NCBI GenBank assembly: GCA_050253415.1
Contig: JBFWJC010000007.1
Location: 32,001-96,000, forward strand
Length of the DNA stretch: 64,000 bases
Direction: 5' to 3'
Source: Pedobacter sp.
Lineage (GTDB): Bacteria; Desulfobacterota; Desulfuromonadia; Desulfuromonadales; Syntrophotaleaceae
A program made the translations under genes and the position numbers. The notes beneath the pieces were generated by a model. It was not told the DNA's origin and made no database searches. It saw nothing but the letters and a program-made list of their open reading frames with translations. Below are positions 41,381 to 52,116 of the stretch, piece by piece (position 1 is the first letter of the stretch; every line of letters begins with the position of its first letter).

Positions 41381-41623
41381 TCACGTCCCCTTCCATACGA
41401 TTTTTTTTCTGGATACAATCAATCCGCATCGGTTACAGAAAAACCCACTCACGCATTTTCCGCACACCTGCAATGCATTCCCGCACTTGGGGCAATAAGG
41501 CTCCATATCAAATTCGTCAAAGAGGGTGTATCCGTCACAGTCCTTACAGAAAAACCGGGGACCTTCCGGGGTTAACTCCTTGATCATTTCAAAACCGCAA
41601 TTCCGACACAGTCTTCGGATCAT
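41381..41623 (-). CDS. Small multi-CxxC zinc-ribbon protein, YfgJ-like
   Basis: Five CxxC pairs in 80 aa; C-terminal CPKC...LQV...FC...VSRKKI resembles YfgJ; GGGGAGG RBS. Confidence 0.7.
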   Translation of the reverse strand: MIRRLCRNCGFEMIKELTPEGPRFFCKDCDGYTLFDEFDMEPYCPKCGNALQVCGKCVSGFFCNRCGLIVSRKKIVWKGT

Positions 41624-41821
41624 GAGTACCTCCCCTAATTGTTCGCAGTATTTCGGTCATCCTCCAAACGTTGGATCACTACCGCGTACCGTCCCTCCCT
41701 TCTTACATTCTTGCCTCGTCAGGAAATTTTGCAAGGATATAAATACCAGGTTTAGCGCAGCCATTTTCCATGCGGACTGGATTAACATTTAAATGAAACG
41801 CGCGAAATGAGCATTTTAGAC

Positions 41822-41860
41822 AAAAAAAAATCCCGCTCCATTTTGAGACGAAGGGGATTG
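41822..41860 (-). terminator. Probable terminator downstream of pfk
   Basis: Minus strand AATCCCC...GGGATT imperfect stem with T9. Confidence 0.55.
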
Positions 41861-41986
41861 CGGAACATTTATGGCGCTTTCGACACCCATAACTAAAAAG
41901 CTTCATAACGCTTTTTTTTAAATAATCATCAATCGTTGATCACTGGCTTATCCAAATGACGAATAACAAGGGACAAATGACGATTT

Positions 41987-43078
41987 TCATCGCCCCAACA
42001 TAATACCGAGCTGTTCTGCAGTCCACACCAGGTTACCGGCAGGATCAACCAGATTCTGTCCATTTACAGCATGGTCAATGGGGACGGAAACGACATTGCG
42101 ACCATGTAGCGCGACCATGTGGCCATACTCCTCCCTCTCAATGAGTTCCACAGCACGCACTCCGAAGCGGCTGGCCAAAATACGGTCAAACGGTGATGGC
42201 GTACCGCCTCGCTGGGTATGCCCCAACACGACAACCCGGGTCTCCAGGCCCTTGCGCCGTTCGATCTCACCTGCCACATAATGGCCAATGCCGCCAAGAC
42301 GCTCAAGGCCATGAGTTTGTTCGGCCGAGGCCTGAACAACCTTGCGGCCACCAACCGGAAAAGCACCTTCCGCTACAACAATGATGGAAAAACGGCTCCC
42401 TTGCTCGCGTCGTTGCATGATGTGGTCACATACCAGATCCAGGTCGAAAGGAATTTCCGGCAACAGTATCACCTCTGCGGACCCGGCAATCCCCGATTCG
42501 AGGGCGATCCAGCCGGCATCCCTCCCCATAACCTCCACCACCATAACGCGATGATGGCTTTCCGCTGTGGTCTGCAACCGATCGAGAGCTTCGGTAACGA
42601 TGCCGACAGCAGTATTGTAGCCAAAAGTAACGTCCGTTTCCTGCAGATCGTTATCGATGGTTTTGGGCACCCCAATCACAGGCATCCCCAAATGACTCAT
42701 CCGCTGGGCGATCTTAAGGGTTCCGTCGCCACCGACCGCAACAAGAGCCTCGGCACCGAGACGACGAAAATTATCCACCACCCGTTGCGACACATCTGAC
42801 AAAACCATCGTCCCATCAGCCTGGGTCACCGGATACCGAAAGGGATTCCCCCGGTTACTGGTTCCCAGAATCGTACCGCCGAGCGGCAGGATGCCGCGTA
42901 CCGACTTAAGATCGAGTTCGCGACAGCGTGGGCCATCAGCCAAGCCGTCAAACCCGTCTTCAATTCCCAATACACGCCAACCACGCTGCAATACGGCAGC
43001 ACGCACCACGCCACGGATAACACCATTCAGGCCAGGGCAATCTCCTCCACCATTCAGTATCGCAATGCATCGACTCAT
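41987..43078 (-). CDS. pfkA: 6-phosphofructokinase
   Basis: GGGDCPGLN, GGTILGT, GGDGT, PKTIDND, EVMGR, LGHTQRGG. Confidence 0.93.
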   Translation of the reverse strand: MSRCIAILNGGGDCPGLNGVIRGVVRAAVLQRGWRVLGIEDGFDGLADGPRCRELDLKSVRGILPLGGTILGTSNRGNPFRYPVTQADGTMVLSDVSQRVVDNFRRLGAEALVAVGGDGTLKIAQRMSHLGMPVIGVPKTIDNDLQETDVTFGYNTAVGIVTEALDRLQTTAESHHRVMVVEVMGRDAGWIALESGIAGSAEVILLPEIPFDLDLVCDHIMQRREQGSRFSIIVVAEGAFPVGGRKVVQASAEQTHGLERLGGIGHYVAGEIERRKGLETRVVVLGHTQRGGTPSPFDRILASRFGVRAVELIEREEYGHMVALHGRNVVSVPIDHAVNGQNLVDPAGNLVWTAEQLGIMLGR

Positions 43079-43249
43079 AAAGTTAATTCCCATCAGGATG
43101 AGTGCTAAAAGTGATATCGGAGAGATACGTCAACATCGATCTCTAAACGTCAAGAAAGCTGAATCGATAAAAAAACCACCAATAAACAGGTAAGCCCATA
43201 TCTGCAGCCCCTATGTGATCAGAGATAAATCAAAGGCCTTTTTTTAACG

Positions 43250-44212
43250 TCATGCGGGCTCTATAAACATCTCGCGTACAGCATGAGCGGCACCAAGTAT
43301 CCCGGCCCTGTCCCCCAGAGCGGCCGGCACCAATTTCATCCGGCGAGCAGGCACCGCAAAAGCACGCTTATCAATCTCTTCACGAAGAGACGGCATGATC
43401 AGCTCAAGATTTGCGCTAACGCCCCCACCGATGACAGCCCCCTCAAGATTAAGCAGGTTTGCTATGCCGGCAAGGACCTGACCGAGATAGCGTCCGGCAG
43501 ACGCATAAGCGCCCAGTGCGGCAGGATGGCCATTCAGAGCAGCAACCGCCACCTCTTCAGCGGTACGGGGCTTATTCGAAGCATAGCTACTCTGCTCATT
43601 GTACTGGTCCCACAGCTCCAGACATGTCCTGACCAACGCCGGACCGGAAGCATACTGTTCCAAACATCCATAGGCACCACAACCACAAAGACGACCTACC
43701 GGCTCAACAGCAATATGTCCCAACTCACCTGCAGCACCATCAGCTCCACTCCAGATCTGACGATTAATAATCAAACCTCCACCAACACCGGTACCCAGGG
43801 TAACCATGACGAAACTGGAGAATTCCAGGCCGGCACCCCACCGGGCTTCCCCCAAGGCTATGGCATTGGCATCATTAACAACCCGAACAGGCAACTGCAA
43901 CTGACTGACAAGCCGATCCGCCAGGGCGAAACCATTTAATGGCGGAAGATTCGGTGACACACGCACAAAACCTTCCTTTGCCACAATTCCGGGGAAACCA
44001 AGCCCCAGTCCTTTAAGATCATAGCCCTGTTGTATGCCTTCATCTATCAATGCCCGGCAAAAACAGAGAAACCGCATCCAGAAGCTATCGAAACCCGCAT
44101 CGATCTCGGTTTTGATGCTACGCTGAAAAAAAAGCTGCCCATCATCACCCACCAAGGCTCCCCGGCAATTGGTCCCACCCAGGTCTATTCCGATAACGGC
44201 TGGACGTTTCAT
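43250..44212 (-). CDS. ROK-family sugar kinase (glucokinase-like)
   Basis: GIDLGGT, NDAN, GTGVGGG, GELGH, CGCGAYGCLE. Confidence 0.9.
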   Translation of the reverse strand: MKRPAVIGIDLGGTNCRGALVGDDGQLFFQRSIKTEIDAGFDSFWMRFLCFCRALIDEGIQQGYDLKGLGLGFPGIVAKEGFVRVSPNLPPLNGFALADRLVSQLQLPVRVVNDANAIALGEARWGAGLEFSSFVMVTLGTGVGGGLIINRQIWSGADGAAGELGHIAVEPVGRLCGCGAYGCLEQYASGPALVRTCLELWDQYNEQSSYASNKPRTAEEVAVAALNGHPAALGAYASAGRYLGQVLAGIANLLNLEGAVIGGGVSANLELIMPSLREEIDKRAFAVPARRMKLVPAALGDRAGILGAAHAVREMFIEPA

Positions 44213-44619
44213 GGCGTTTTCGCGTATTCCGTAGCGATGGCAAGGGTTTTGAACTGTGCCGCTTTGGCCATATCCATCAGACGCACCACCTCACCGTGGC
44301 GGGCATCACGATCAGCCAGCAACACAAAGGTCATTTGCCTGGCTTCGGATCCATAGGCGCGCAGACGATATTCAAGTTCCTCGCGGGTGACCTTATCCTT
44401 ACCGATGGATATTTCACCGGTTTTCGACAAATAAACTTTTATTTCCTGCACTTCAGGCTTTGACGCCTGCGAAGAAGATTCGGGTAATTTAACATCGATG
44501 CCGGGCGCTTCGACAAAGGTGGTGGAAATCATGAAAAAAATCAGCAGGAGAAAAACCACATCGACCATAGAAGTCAGGTCAACCCGTGGTTCTTCGCGTT
44601 TTTTACGCAAAAAGGCCAT
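44209..44619 (-). CDS. exbD: ExbD/TolR family protein
   Basis: LTSMVDVVFLLLIFFMI. Confidence 0.88.
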   Translation of the reverse strand: MAFLRKKREEPRVDLTSMVDVVFLLLIFFMISTTFVEAPGIDVKLPESSSQASKPEVQEIKVYLSKTGEISIGKDKVTREELEYRLRAYGSEARQMTFVLLADRDARHGEVVRLMDMAKAAQFKTLAIATEYAKTP

Positions 44620-44622
44620 GGA

Positions 44623-45222
44623 TTATTCCCCCAGAAGATCGACAAGATGCAGGGAGCTTTCCTCCATTTTGAGCACCATGTGATCAAGCCGACTGGTCAG
44701 GTACTTATGAAGAAGAATGGTCGGAATCGCTACGGACAAACCGGCGGCCGTGGTAATCAAGGCTTCGGAAATACCGCCACCAAGCGTTTCCGGCGTTCCC
44801 GTTCCTGCGGTGGCGATAACAGTAAAGGCCCGAATCATACCAAGTACGGTTCCAAGCAACCCGAGCAATGGCGAAATAGTAGCCATAGTGCCAAGCAACC
44901 CAAGGAAACGTTCCAAGGGAGCGGCCTCCCGGCTACCTGTTTCTTCAACAACGGTTTTGATCTGATCGCGCGAGCGGCCGTGAGCGCGCAAAGCCGACAG
45001 TAATATGCGCGACAGGGGAGTATCGCTTCGCTGGCAAACAACTATCGCCTCTTCGATGCGACCTTTCATGACCAGTTGTTCAACCTCGCGGACCAGCTCA
45101 TCACGACCCCGTCCTACGCGAAAAAAAGTCCATAAACGTTCGAAAAAGATGGCCATCGCCATAATCGAACAAAGAAGAATGGGATACATGAGGGGGCCAC
45201 CCTTTTGAAAAATCTCCAGCAT
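44623..45222 (-). CDS. exbB: ExbB/TolQ/MotA family proton channel
   Basis: SPLLGLLGTVLGMI, GISEALITTAAGL. Confidence 0.88.
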   Translation of the reverse strand: MLEIFQKGGPLMYPILLCSIMAMAIFFERLWTFFRVGRGRDELVREVEQLVMKGRIEEAIVVCQRSDTPLSRILLSALRAHGRSRDQIKTVVEETGSREAAPLERFLGLLGTMATISPLLGLLGTVLGMIRAFTVIATAGTGTPETLGGGISEALITTAAGLSVAIPTILLHKYLTSRLDHMVLKMEESSLHLVDLLGE

Positions 45223-45435
45223 GGTTGACGCGTTCCTTTCAGAATAAAAATAAAGCACGTAAAGTAAGCTAACTAGCAGAAAGGTACATTTACCGCTGAG
45301 TCCGCAAAGAAAACCTATTGCGTTGAACAGGCCTTACGTTGTGATCTGAGGAGTGAGTGCTTAATACCTGCAAAGCGGCTAAAATACTTAACAAGCCACA
45401 TGAAGTAGAATTACCCATCCTACTGAATCAATGAC

Positions 45436-45939
45436 CTATTCTTCCAAATTTACTGAATTAAAACCGTCAAGCAGAATCCCGTAAGTTTCTTCCAGGTGCT
45501 GCGGTATGACTCGCACATCGGCGAAGACCGGCATAAAATTGGTGTCGCCGGTCCAGCGCGGCACAATATGCATATGCAGATGGTCGGCAAGGCCGGCACC
45601 GGCAATCTTGCCAAGGTTGATCCCAACATTAAATCCCTGAGGCTTCAGACATTCCTGCATGACAATGCGACACTTTCGCAACAACTGGAACATTTCGGCC
45701 TGCTCCTCCGGTTCCAGGTCAAGAATATCAGGGATATGCCGATAGGGAGCGATAAGCAGATGACCATTTGTGTATGGATATTTATTCATAACCACGAAGG
45801 CATGCTGGCCGCGCCAAAGGATCAATCTCTGAGCATCCTGGCCCTCGATATCGCGCACACAGAAGACACAACAGTCTGTGGCCTGCTTATCCTTGCATTC
45901 AAGATAGGTCATGCGCCAGGGCGCCCAGAGATGCTTCAT
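45436..45939 (-). CDS. HIT-family nucleotide hydrolase/phosphorylase
   Basis: LWAPWR, NKYPYTNGH, HLHMHIVPRW. Confidence 0.9.
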   Translation of the reverse strand: MKHLWAPWRMTYLECKDKQATDCCVFCVRDIEGQDAQRLILWRGQHAFVVMNKYPYTNGHLLIAPYRHIPDILDLEPEEQAEMFQLLRKCRIVMQECLKPQGFNVGINLGKIAGAGLADHLHMHIVPRWTGDTNFMPVFADVRVIPQHLEETYGILLDGFNSVNLEE

Positions 45940-45948
45940 AGTTACCCC

Positions 45949-46470
45949 TTATCCAATGTTTGACCCGAAGTTTTCGCCTTCAAGGGATAAAATACTCCCC
46001 CGAATGCCGGTTTCGTCAACCTCCAACAACCCCACACTTGGGGAATACCCACCGCGCGGACTGGTTGCACTGCCGGGATTGAACAGCAACAGACCCTCAT
46101 AACGACAACAATCGGGCAGATGAGAATGTCCATAGACGAGGCAGTCAAGGTCATCTGTAGCGAATTCTGCTGCCATGCGTGGACCGAGGCCTTCTGGAGG
46201 CCCCCAACCATGTATCAGCCCGATTCTATACACCTCCACCTCCAACACCTTGCGTGACGGAAAGCTTACACTCGGAGGATCCATATTACCCCGCACGGCA
46301 TGGATAATGCGCGGCTCAAAGATATACAACAGCTCCTGATCTACCAGGTCACCGGCATGCAGAATCATATCCACATGGCGAAATACCTTACGATCAAGCA
46401 CCTCAAGAAAGCCGACATAATTGATGACATGGCGAATATGCGTATCTGAAATCACGCCAATCTTGAGCAT
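45949..46470 (-). CDS. YfcE/MJ0936-type metallophosphoesterase
   Basis: ISDTH, HAGD, RGNMD, HG, GHSH, NPGS. Confidence 0.9.
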   Translation of the reverse strand: MLKIGVISDTHIRHVINYVGFLEVLDRKVFRHVDMILHAGDLVDQELLYIFEPRIIHAVRGNMDPPSVSFPSRKVLEVEVYRIGLIHGWGPPEGLGPRMAAEFATDDLDCLVYGHSHLPDCCRYEGLLLFNPGSATSPRGGYSPSVGLLEVDETGIRGSILSLEGENFGSNIG

Positions 46471-46820
46471 AGCATCATAACCTTCATCGTCAGAAAGTGC
46501 CAAAACTCATATTGGCACCAGGACTGAAATGATAAGAACATGACCTTTTCTACAGCCTGAATTGAAGGCTGTCAATCCCAATGCGGGTATGGAGCATAGG
46601 TAAAAGCCATATCTACCCGAGACCGCAACCCACTTGAGCATACACCGAGTCAAGGAAAATGGGACATCGTATTTTCCCCCTCACCTCTTTTTTTTTCAAC
46701 TCTTTGCTGGTATAGTTGGCAGGCCATTTTCAATGGCGCTCATCTGATTTCTACCCACTTATATGTTGCCGCTGATCAGAGGCCTTACCCCCTGTATCAG
46801 CATGAAGGAGCCATTGACCA

Positions 46821-48212
46821 ATGCAATACATGAGCACTCGCGGCAAGACAAGCGGATTAACTTTCAAGGATGCTGTCATGATGGGCCTGGCCGACGACGG
46901 CGGCCTATTGTTGCCCGAATCTATTCCGACCCTCTCCCGGGGCGATATCGCCGCACTTTCCAAAATGGCCTATCCGGAACTGGCGTTTCGCATCATCTCC
47001 CTGTTTTCCGGGAATATCCCCGCAGGGGATTTAAAACACCTCATCGATAAATCCTACCAGACCTTTAATCATCCGGAAGTAACTCCGGTCGTGCATAAGG
47101 ACGGAATCTATATCCTTGAGCTATTTCATGGCCCGACTTTGGCTTTTAAAGATGTCGCTTTGCAGTTTCTGGGCAACATGTTCGAATATCTGCTTAAAGA
47201 AAGCGGCGCCCACATGAATATTCTTGGCGCAACCTCCGGCGACACCGGAAGTGCCGCCATTTACGGTGTACGCGGTAAGGAGAATATCAATATATTCATT
47301 CTTCACCCAGACCAGAGGGTTTCACCGATACAAAAACTGCAGATGACCACGGTGACGGATCCAAACGTCTTCAATCTGGCCATACGTGGAACGTTTGACG
47401 ACGGGCAACGTATCGTCAAGGAGATTTTCGGAGATCTTGAGTATAAAGGAAAAATGTCCCTTGGCGCCGTTAATTCCATCAACTGGGCCCGGGTCCTCGC
47501 ACAAGTGGTCTATTATTTTTACGCATTTGGACGAGTCCAGCGTGAAACCAACTGCACCGAAGCCTATTTTTCGGTACCTACCGGTAATTTTGGGGATATT
47601 TTTGCCGGCTATGTTGCCAAACGCATGGGGTTGCCAATCCGTCGCTTGATTCTTGCCACCAACGAAAATGACATTCTTTCACGGTTTATTACCCATGGTG
47701 ACTATTCAACAGCAAACGTTGTACCGACCCCATCTCCATCCATGGACATCCAATTGGCAAGCAACTTCGAACGGTACCTTTTCTACCTTTTCGATCAGGA
47801 CGCCAGCAAGGTTAGCAAAACCATGGAGGAGCTTGCAGCTACAGGACAACTGAAGTTTGGCCCCGAAGATATGAACCGTGTCGCTAAAGACTTTCTTGCA
47901 GGCTCTGCAACCCGGCAGGAAACCCTCGACACGATCAGCGCTTTTCACAAAGCTACCGGCTATACCCTTGATCCGCACACGGCTGTCGGGGTTAAAGTTG
48001 GCAAGGAACTGACCGGCGGAGAATGCCCGCTTATTTGCCTGGCAACCGCCCATCCGGCAAAATTCGGTGAAGCGGTACAACAGGCTATCGGTCAGGACCC
48101 CATCTTACCGCGCGAATTCCAGGGTATTGAAAACAAAGAACAACGATGCGAAATCATCGATGCCGATACCCAGGCAATCAAAGACTACCTGGCAAAACAC
48201 GCGCTGCTGTAG
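46821..48212 (+). CDS. thrC: Threonine synthase
   Basis: ELFHGPTLAFKD, ATSGDTG, NSINWAR, VPTGNFG, TAHPAKF. Confidence 0.95.
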   Translation: MQYMSTRGKTSGLTFKDAVMMGLADDGGLLLPESIPTLSRGDIAALSKMAYPELAFRIISLFSGNIPAGDLKHLIDKSYQTFNHPEVTPVVHKDGIYILELFHGPTLAFKDVALQFLGNMFEYLLKESGAHMNILGATSGDTGSAAIYGVRGKENINIFILHPDQRVSPIQKLQMTTVTDPNVFNLAIRGTFDDGQRIVKEIFGDLEYKGKMSLGAVNSINWARVLAQVVYYFYAFGRVQRETNCTEAYFSVPTGNFGDIFAGYVAKRMGLPIRRLILATNENDILSRFITHGDYSTANVVPTPSPSMDIQLASNFERYLFYLFDQDASKVSKTMEELAATGQLKFGPEDMNRVAKDFLAGSATRQETLDTISAFHKATGYTLDPHTAVGVKVGKELTGGECPLICLATAHPAKFGEAVQQAIGQDPILPREFQGIENKEQRCEIIDADTQAIKDYLAKHALL

Positions 48213-48232
48213 TTTTGACCTCCATACAAAAC

Positions 48233-48271
48233 AAAAGGCCCCCAGCGCTTGTCGTTGGGGGCCTTTTTGTT
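48233..48271 (+). terminator. thrC terminator
   Basis: AAAAGGCCCCCAGCG-CTTGT-CGTTGGGGGCCTTTTT. Confidence 0.85.
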
Positions 48272-48328
48272 ATCGAAATACGTGGAACAAGTGATTCGTG
48301 ATTGGTGAATAGTTGGAAACCGAAAAAG

Positions 48329-48510
48329 CAGTCACCAAGCACCAGTCACCAAGCACCAGTCACCAGTCACCAGTCACCAGTCACCAGTCACCAGTCACCA
48401 GTCACCAGTCACCAGTCACCAGTCACCAGTCACCAGTCACCAGTCACCAGTCACCAGTCACCAGTCACCAGTCACCAGCCACCAGCCACCAGTCACCAGT
48501 CACCAGTCAC
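48329..48510. repeat. Tandem array of 26 heptamers CAGTCAC
   Basis: 182 bp = 26 x 7; units 2 and 4 are CAAGCAC, units 22 and 23 are CAGCCAC. Confidence 0.97.
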
Positions 48511-48543
48511 AAAAAAAGCCCCCGGCATTGCCGGGGGCTTTTT
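48511..48543 (-). terminator. glnA terminator (bidirectional shape)
   Basis: A7-GCCCCCGGC-ATT-GCCGGGGGC-T5. Confidence 0.88.
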
Positions 48544-48561
48544 AATGGATCACTTAAAAAC

Positions 48562-49971
48562 TTAGCAGTCGTAGTACAGAGCGAATTCGAGGGGAACCGG
48601 ACGCATGCGAACGGGATCCACTTCGGCTTCGGTCTTGTACTCGATCCACTTTTCAATAACGTCTTCAGTAAAGACATCACCTTTAAGCAGGAAGGCATGA
48701 TCTTCTTTGAGAGCTTCAAGAGCCTCAATCAAGCTGCCGGCAACGCTGGGGATAGTTGCCAGTTCTTCGGGGGGAAGACCGTAGATGTCTTTATCCAAAG
48801 GCTCGCCCGGATCAATCTTGTTTTCGATACCGTCAAGTCCAGCCATCAGGATAGCTGAGAAGCACAGGTAGCCGTTAGCCGAGGGATCAGGCGTACGGTA
48901 TTCAACGCGCTTGGCTTTGGGGCTGTTACCCTGGGGGATACGCAGTGCAGCAGAACGGTTACGACCCGAATAAGCCAGGTTAACCGGCGCTTCGTAACCG
49001 GGCACCAGACGCTTGTAGGAGTTAGTGCTGGGGTTGGTGAAAGCGCACAGAGCTTTGGCATGCTTGATGATACCGCCGATGAAGTACAGAGCGGTCTTGG
49101 ACAAACCGGCATAGCCGTCGCCAGCAAAGGTGTTAACGCCGTCTTTCCAGATGGAAACGTGACAGTGCATCCCGCTTCCGTTATCACCGAAGAGAGGCTT
49201 CGGCATAAAGGTTACGGTTTTGCCATTGCGAACCGCAACGTTCTTGATAACGTATTTGAACCACTGCAGAGTATCGCCTGCGTTGAGAAGGGTATCAAAT
49301 TTAAAGTCGATCTCACACTGGCCGCCGGTAGCAACTTCATGGTGTTGAGCTTCGATGTGAATGCCAACTTCCTGGCAAACCTGAACCATCTCGTTACGCA
49401 GATCCACCAGGGAGTCGGTGGGAGCGCAAGGGAAGTAACCTTCCTTGTGACGGGGTTTGTAACCGAGGTTGGGGAACTCTTCACGGCCGGTGTTCCAGAT
49501 ACCTTCGCTGGAATCAACGCTGTAAAAAGACTCATTACAGGTGGAGCTGTAACGAACATCATCAAAGATGAAGAATTCAGGCTCAGGACCGTAGAAAGCG
49601 GTGTCGCCGATACCGGTGGACTTAAGGTAGGCTTCAGCCTTTTGAGCAATGAAGCGGGGGTCGCGGCTGTAACCTTCTTTGGTAATGGGATCATAAATGT
49701 TACAGATCAGGCTCAGGGTCGGAACCTTGATAAAAGGATCGAGTCTGGCGCTGTTGGGGTCAGGAATAATGGCCATGTCGCTGTTGTGAATGGGCTGCCA
49801 GCCACGAATGGAGGAACCGTCAAAGCCAAGACCTTCTTCGAAAGTATCTTCACTGAATTCACAAATAGGTACGGAAACATGCTGCCAGATACCAACGAAG
49901 TCGAGGAACTTGTAATCCACCATCTGGATATTCTTTTCCTTGACAAACTCCATTACCTCTTTAGGTGTCAT
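48562..49971 (-). CDS. glnA: Type I glutamine synthetase
   Basis: [41 protein letters not shown] (adenylylation-loop Tyr). Confidence 0.97.
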   Translation of the reverse strand: MTPKEVMEFVKEKNIQMVDYKFLDFVGIWQHVSVPICEFSEDTFEEGLGFDGSSIRGWQPIHNSDMAIIPDPNSARLDPFIKVPTLSLICNIYDPITKEGYSRDPRFIAQKAEAYLKSTGIGDTAFYGPEPEFFIFDDVRYSSTCNESFYSVDSSEGIWNTGREEFPNLGYKPRHKEGYFPCAPTDSLVDLRNEMVQVCQEVGIHIEAQHHEVATGGQCEIDFKFDTLLNAGDTLQWFKYVIKNVAVRNGKTVTFMPKPLFGDNGSGMHCHVSIWKDGVNTFAGDGYAGLSKTALYFIGGIIKHAKALCAFTNPSTNSYKRLVPGYEAPVNLAYSGRNRSAALRIPQGNSPKAKRVEYRTPDPSANGYLCFSAILMAGLDGIENKIDPGEPLDKDIYGLPPEELATIPSVAGSLIEALEALKEDHAFLLKGDVFTEDVIEKWIEYKTEAEVDPVRMRPVPLEFALYYDC

Positions 49972-50039
49972 TGCGATTACTCCTTTTGACTAACCTCGGT
50001 TGAAATGATAGTAAACGTAAGATTCGGCAAATAGCCGGC

Positions 50040-50444
<405 letters not shown>

Positions 50445-50512
50445 CTAAACAATGCCGGTCACCAAAATAGATAACTGGTAGCGGTTTTCTACTTCCTTCG
50501 GCCGCATTAACA

Positions 50513-50529
50513 AGCAAATTAATTGCCAA
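50513..50529 (-). promoter_or_regulatory. Sigma54 promoter of glnBA
   Basis: TTGGCAATTAATTTGCT, GG-N10-GC. Confidence 0.8.
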
Positions 50530-50636
50530 CACCACGTAGAGAATACAATGTTTTTATAACTATCTATTTTTAAAAATATTTTCCATGCAAAACCAACAAC
50601 GATCATGCACCTTACTTTAGTTGACTATACAATGAC

Positions 50637-50685
50637 TGCTTATTTTATAAACACAAACGAGAAGAAAGTGTTTATATTTTAAGCA
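50637..50685. promoter_or_regulatory. Two candidate enhancer-binding-protein sites upstream of glnBA
   Basis: TGCTTA-N5-TAAACA (50637-50653) and TGTTTA-N5-TAAGCA (50669-50685), 32 bp apart. Confidence 0.55.
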
Positions 50686-50733
50686 CGGATGAAGTTCAAC
50701 ACTTCAGCTATTATTTATTCAAACACCAAAGAT

Positions 50734-51252
50734 TTAGCCCTGGGACCAGCGGCAGTACAACGCCCACTCTTCCTCGAAATTAGGAGTAAAAAAACCCTGT
50801 CCCAGGCGCTCACCAATCTCATCTGCGGAAAAAAAACGTACAGCATCTATTTCACAGGGATCAAAACTAATTTCGCCATCATAGCGAATCAAAAAGGTCG
50901 CAATGTTCTCGGATTCGAAGTCGTTACGAATCCGCGAGTGATACAGAAATTCAATGGGAACATTACTAATTCCCAACTCTTCCCGCATCTCCCTCAGAGC
51001 GGCCGCATGATATCCCTCCCCCGGGTCAAGGTGACCACCGACACTCGTATCCCAACGCCCCGGTTGAACATCCTTGGTCATGGAACGCTTTTGCAGCAAA
51101 ATTTGATCATCCCGATTAACAACGAGAACATGGGCAACGCGATGAATCAGTTCGGGGTTACCATGGCACTCTCTGCGCAGAGCCGTACCAACAAACCGAT
51201 CCTGATCGTCCACGATTTCAAACCACTCTTCGCCAGACATCCCTTTTGCCAT
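50734..51252 (-). CDS. Nudix hydrolase (IDI/YfcD-like)
   Basis: HRVAHV, GGHLDPGEGYHAAALREMREELG Nudix box. Confidence 0.88.
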   Translation of the reverse strand: MAKGMSGEEWFEIVDDQDRFVGTALRRECHGNPELIHRVAHVLVVNRDDQILLQKRSMTKDVQPGRWDTSVGGHLDPGEGYHAAALREMREELGISNVPIEFLYHSRIRNDFESENIATFLIRYDGEISFDPCEIDAVRFFSADEIGERLGQGFFTPNFEEEWALYCRWSQG

Positions 51253-51776
51253 TATTTCCGGTCGAAAAAAGGACTTTTACCCGTTATCGAAAGAGGCAGT
51301 CCAAATGCCAGAGCAGCATCCTCTCCCAACATTCCCAGTTCCAGGGCGGCTTTACCGGCCGTATACAGGATGCGATTATCAATACGCAGATCAGCAGCGC
51401 GACTCACAGCGGAACCGAGGGCAATACCGAGATCCCCACTGTTGAAGGCGCACACGGCCCCGGCCTTTTGTAACTCACCGCAATTACTAAAACCACAAAA
51501 ACCACAATGGGGTAATCCGAGGGGCTTCTTGCTGGTGGCAAAAAGGATAATAAGTTGCGCCTGGCGAACATTTTCGGCATCGCGGGCAAAAAACGCAACA
51601 CCATCACGTTCAGCAATAAGATGCATGCGTTCGACCAGACTATCCTTTTCATCACCATCAACGATGGCAGTGGTCATCAAATCAAGACCGCGACCTTTTG
51701 GTGCTGTACGCGCAGCTGCACAGATCATACGCGCAAAATCAAGCAACCCGTTTTTCTCATCATTGATAAGAAGCAT
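51252..51776 (-). CDS. DUF2148-type Cys-cluster protein
   Basis: AARTAPKGRG, CGFCGFSNC, CAFNSGDLGIALGSA, DNRI. Confidence 0.75.
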   Translation of the reverse strand: MLLINDEKNGLLDFARMICAAARTAPKGRGLDLMTTAIVDGDEKDSLVERMHLIAERDGVAFFARDAENVRQAQLIILFATSKKPLGLPHCGFCGFSNCGELQKAGAVCAFNSGDLGIALGSAVSRAADLRIDNRILYTAGKAALELGMLGEDAALAFGLPLSITGKSPFFDRK

Positions 51777-52116
51777 CGTCGATCCTCAGACCAGCTTTGT
51801 TTATACAGAGAACTTTTTGAACCCGATATTATGCAGGTTGTTAAAATACACCCCAAAGATCGTGAATGAAAGAAGAAAAATACGCGATTACTGAGAGTGC
51901 TTCGATTTTCTTCTTAAATGCGACGGCTAAACGTACCCCGGATAACGCTTGTATTACCAAACCAGGAGACCTTAACGTCATGAAACTTTTCCCACACCAG
52001 GTAAAAATTCACCTATTCAGTGATTGAAACCGCCGATATCCTACACGGACATTTTCTGCTGTCAAGATATTCTTTGTCCCTGATTAACTATGCCACACCT
52101 CGATACCCTCCCCACT

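Noticed and set aside
48302..48858. ORFs with SHQSPVT repeats, and the array as a possible CRISPR
   Set aside because: The ORFs are read-through of the 7-bp repeat and antisense to glnA; there are no spacers or cas genes
50689..51894. 401-aa plus-strand ORF
   Set aside because: Antisense to the Nudix and DUF2148 genes; no recognisable motifs
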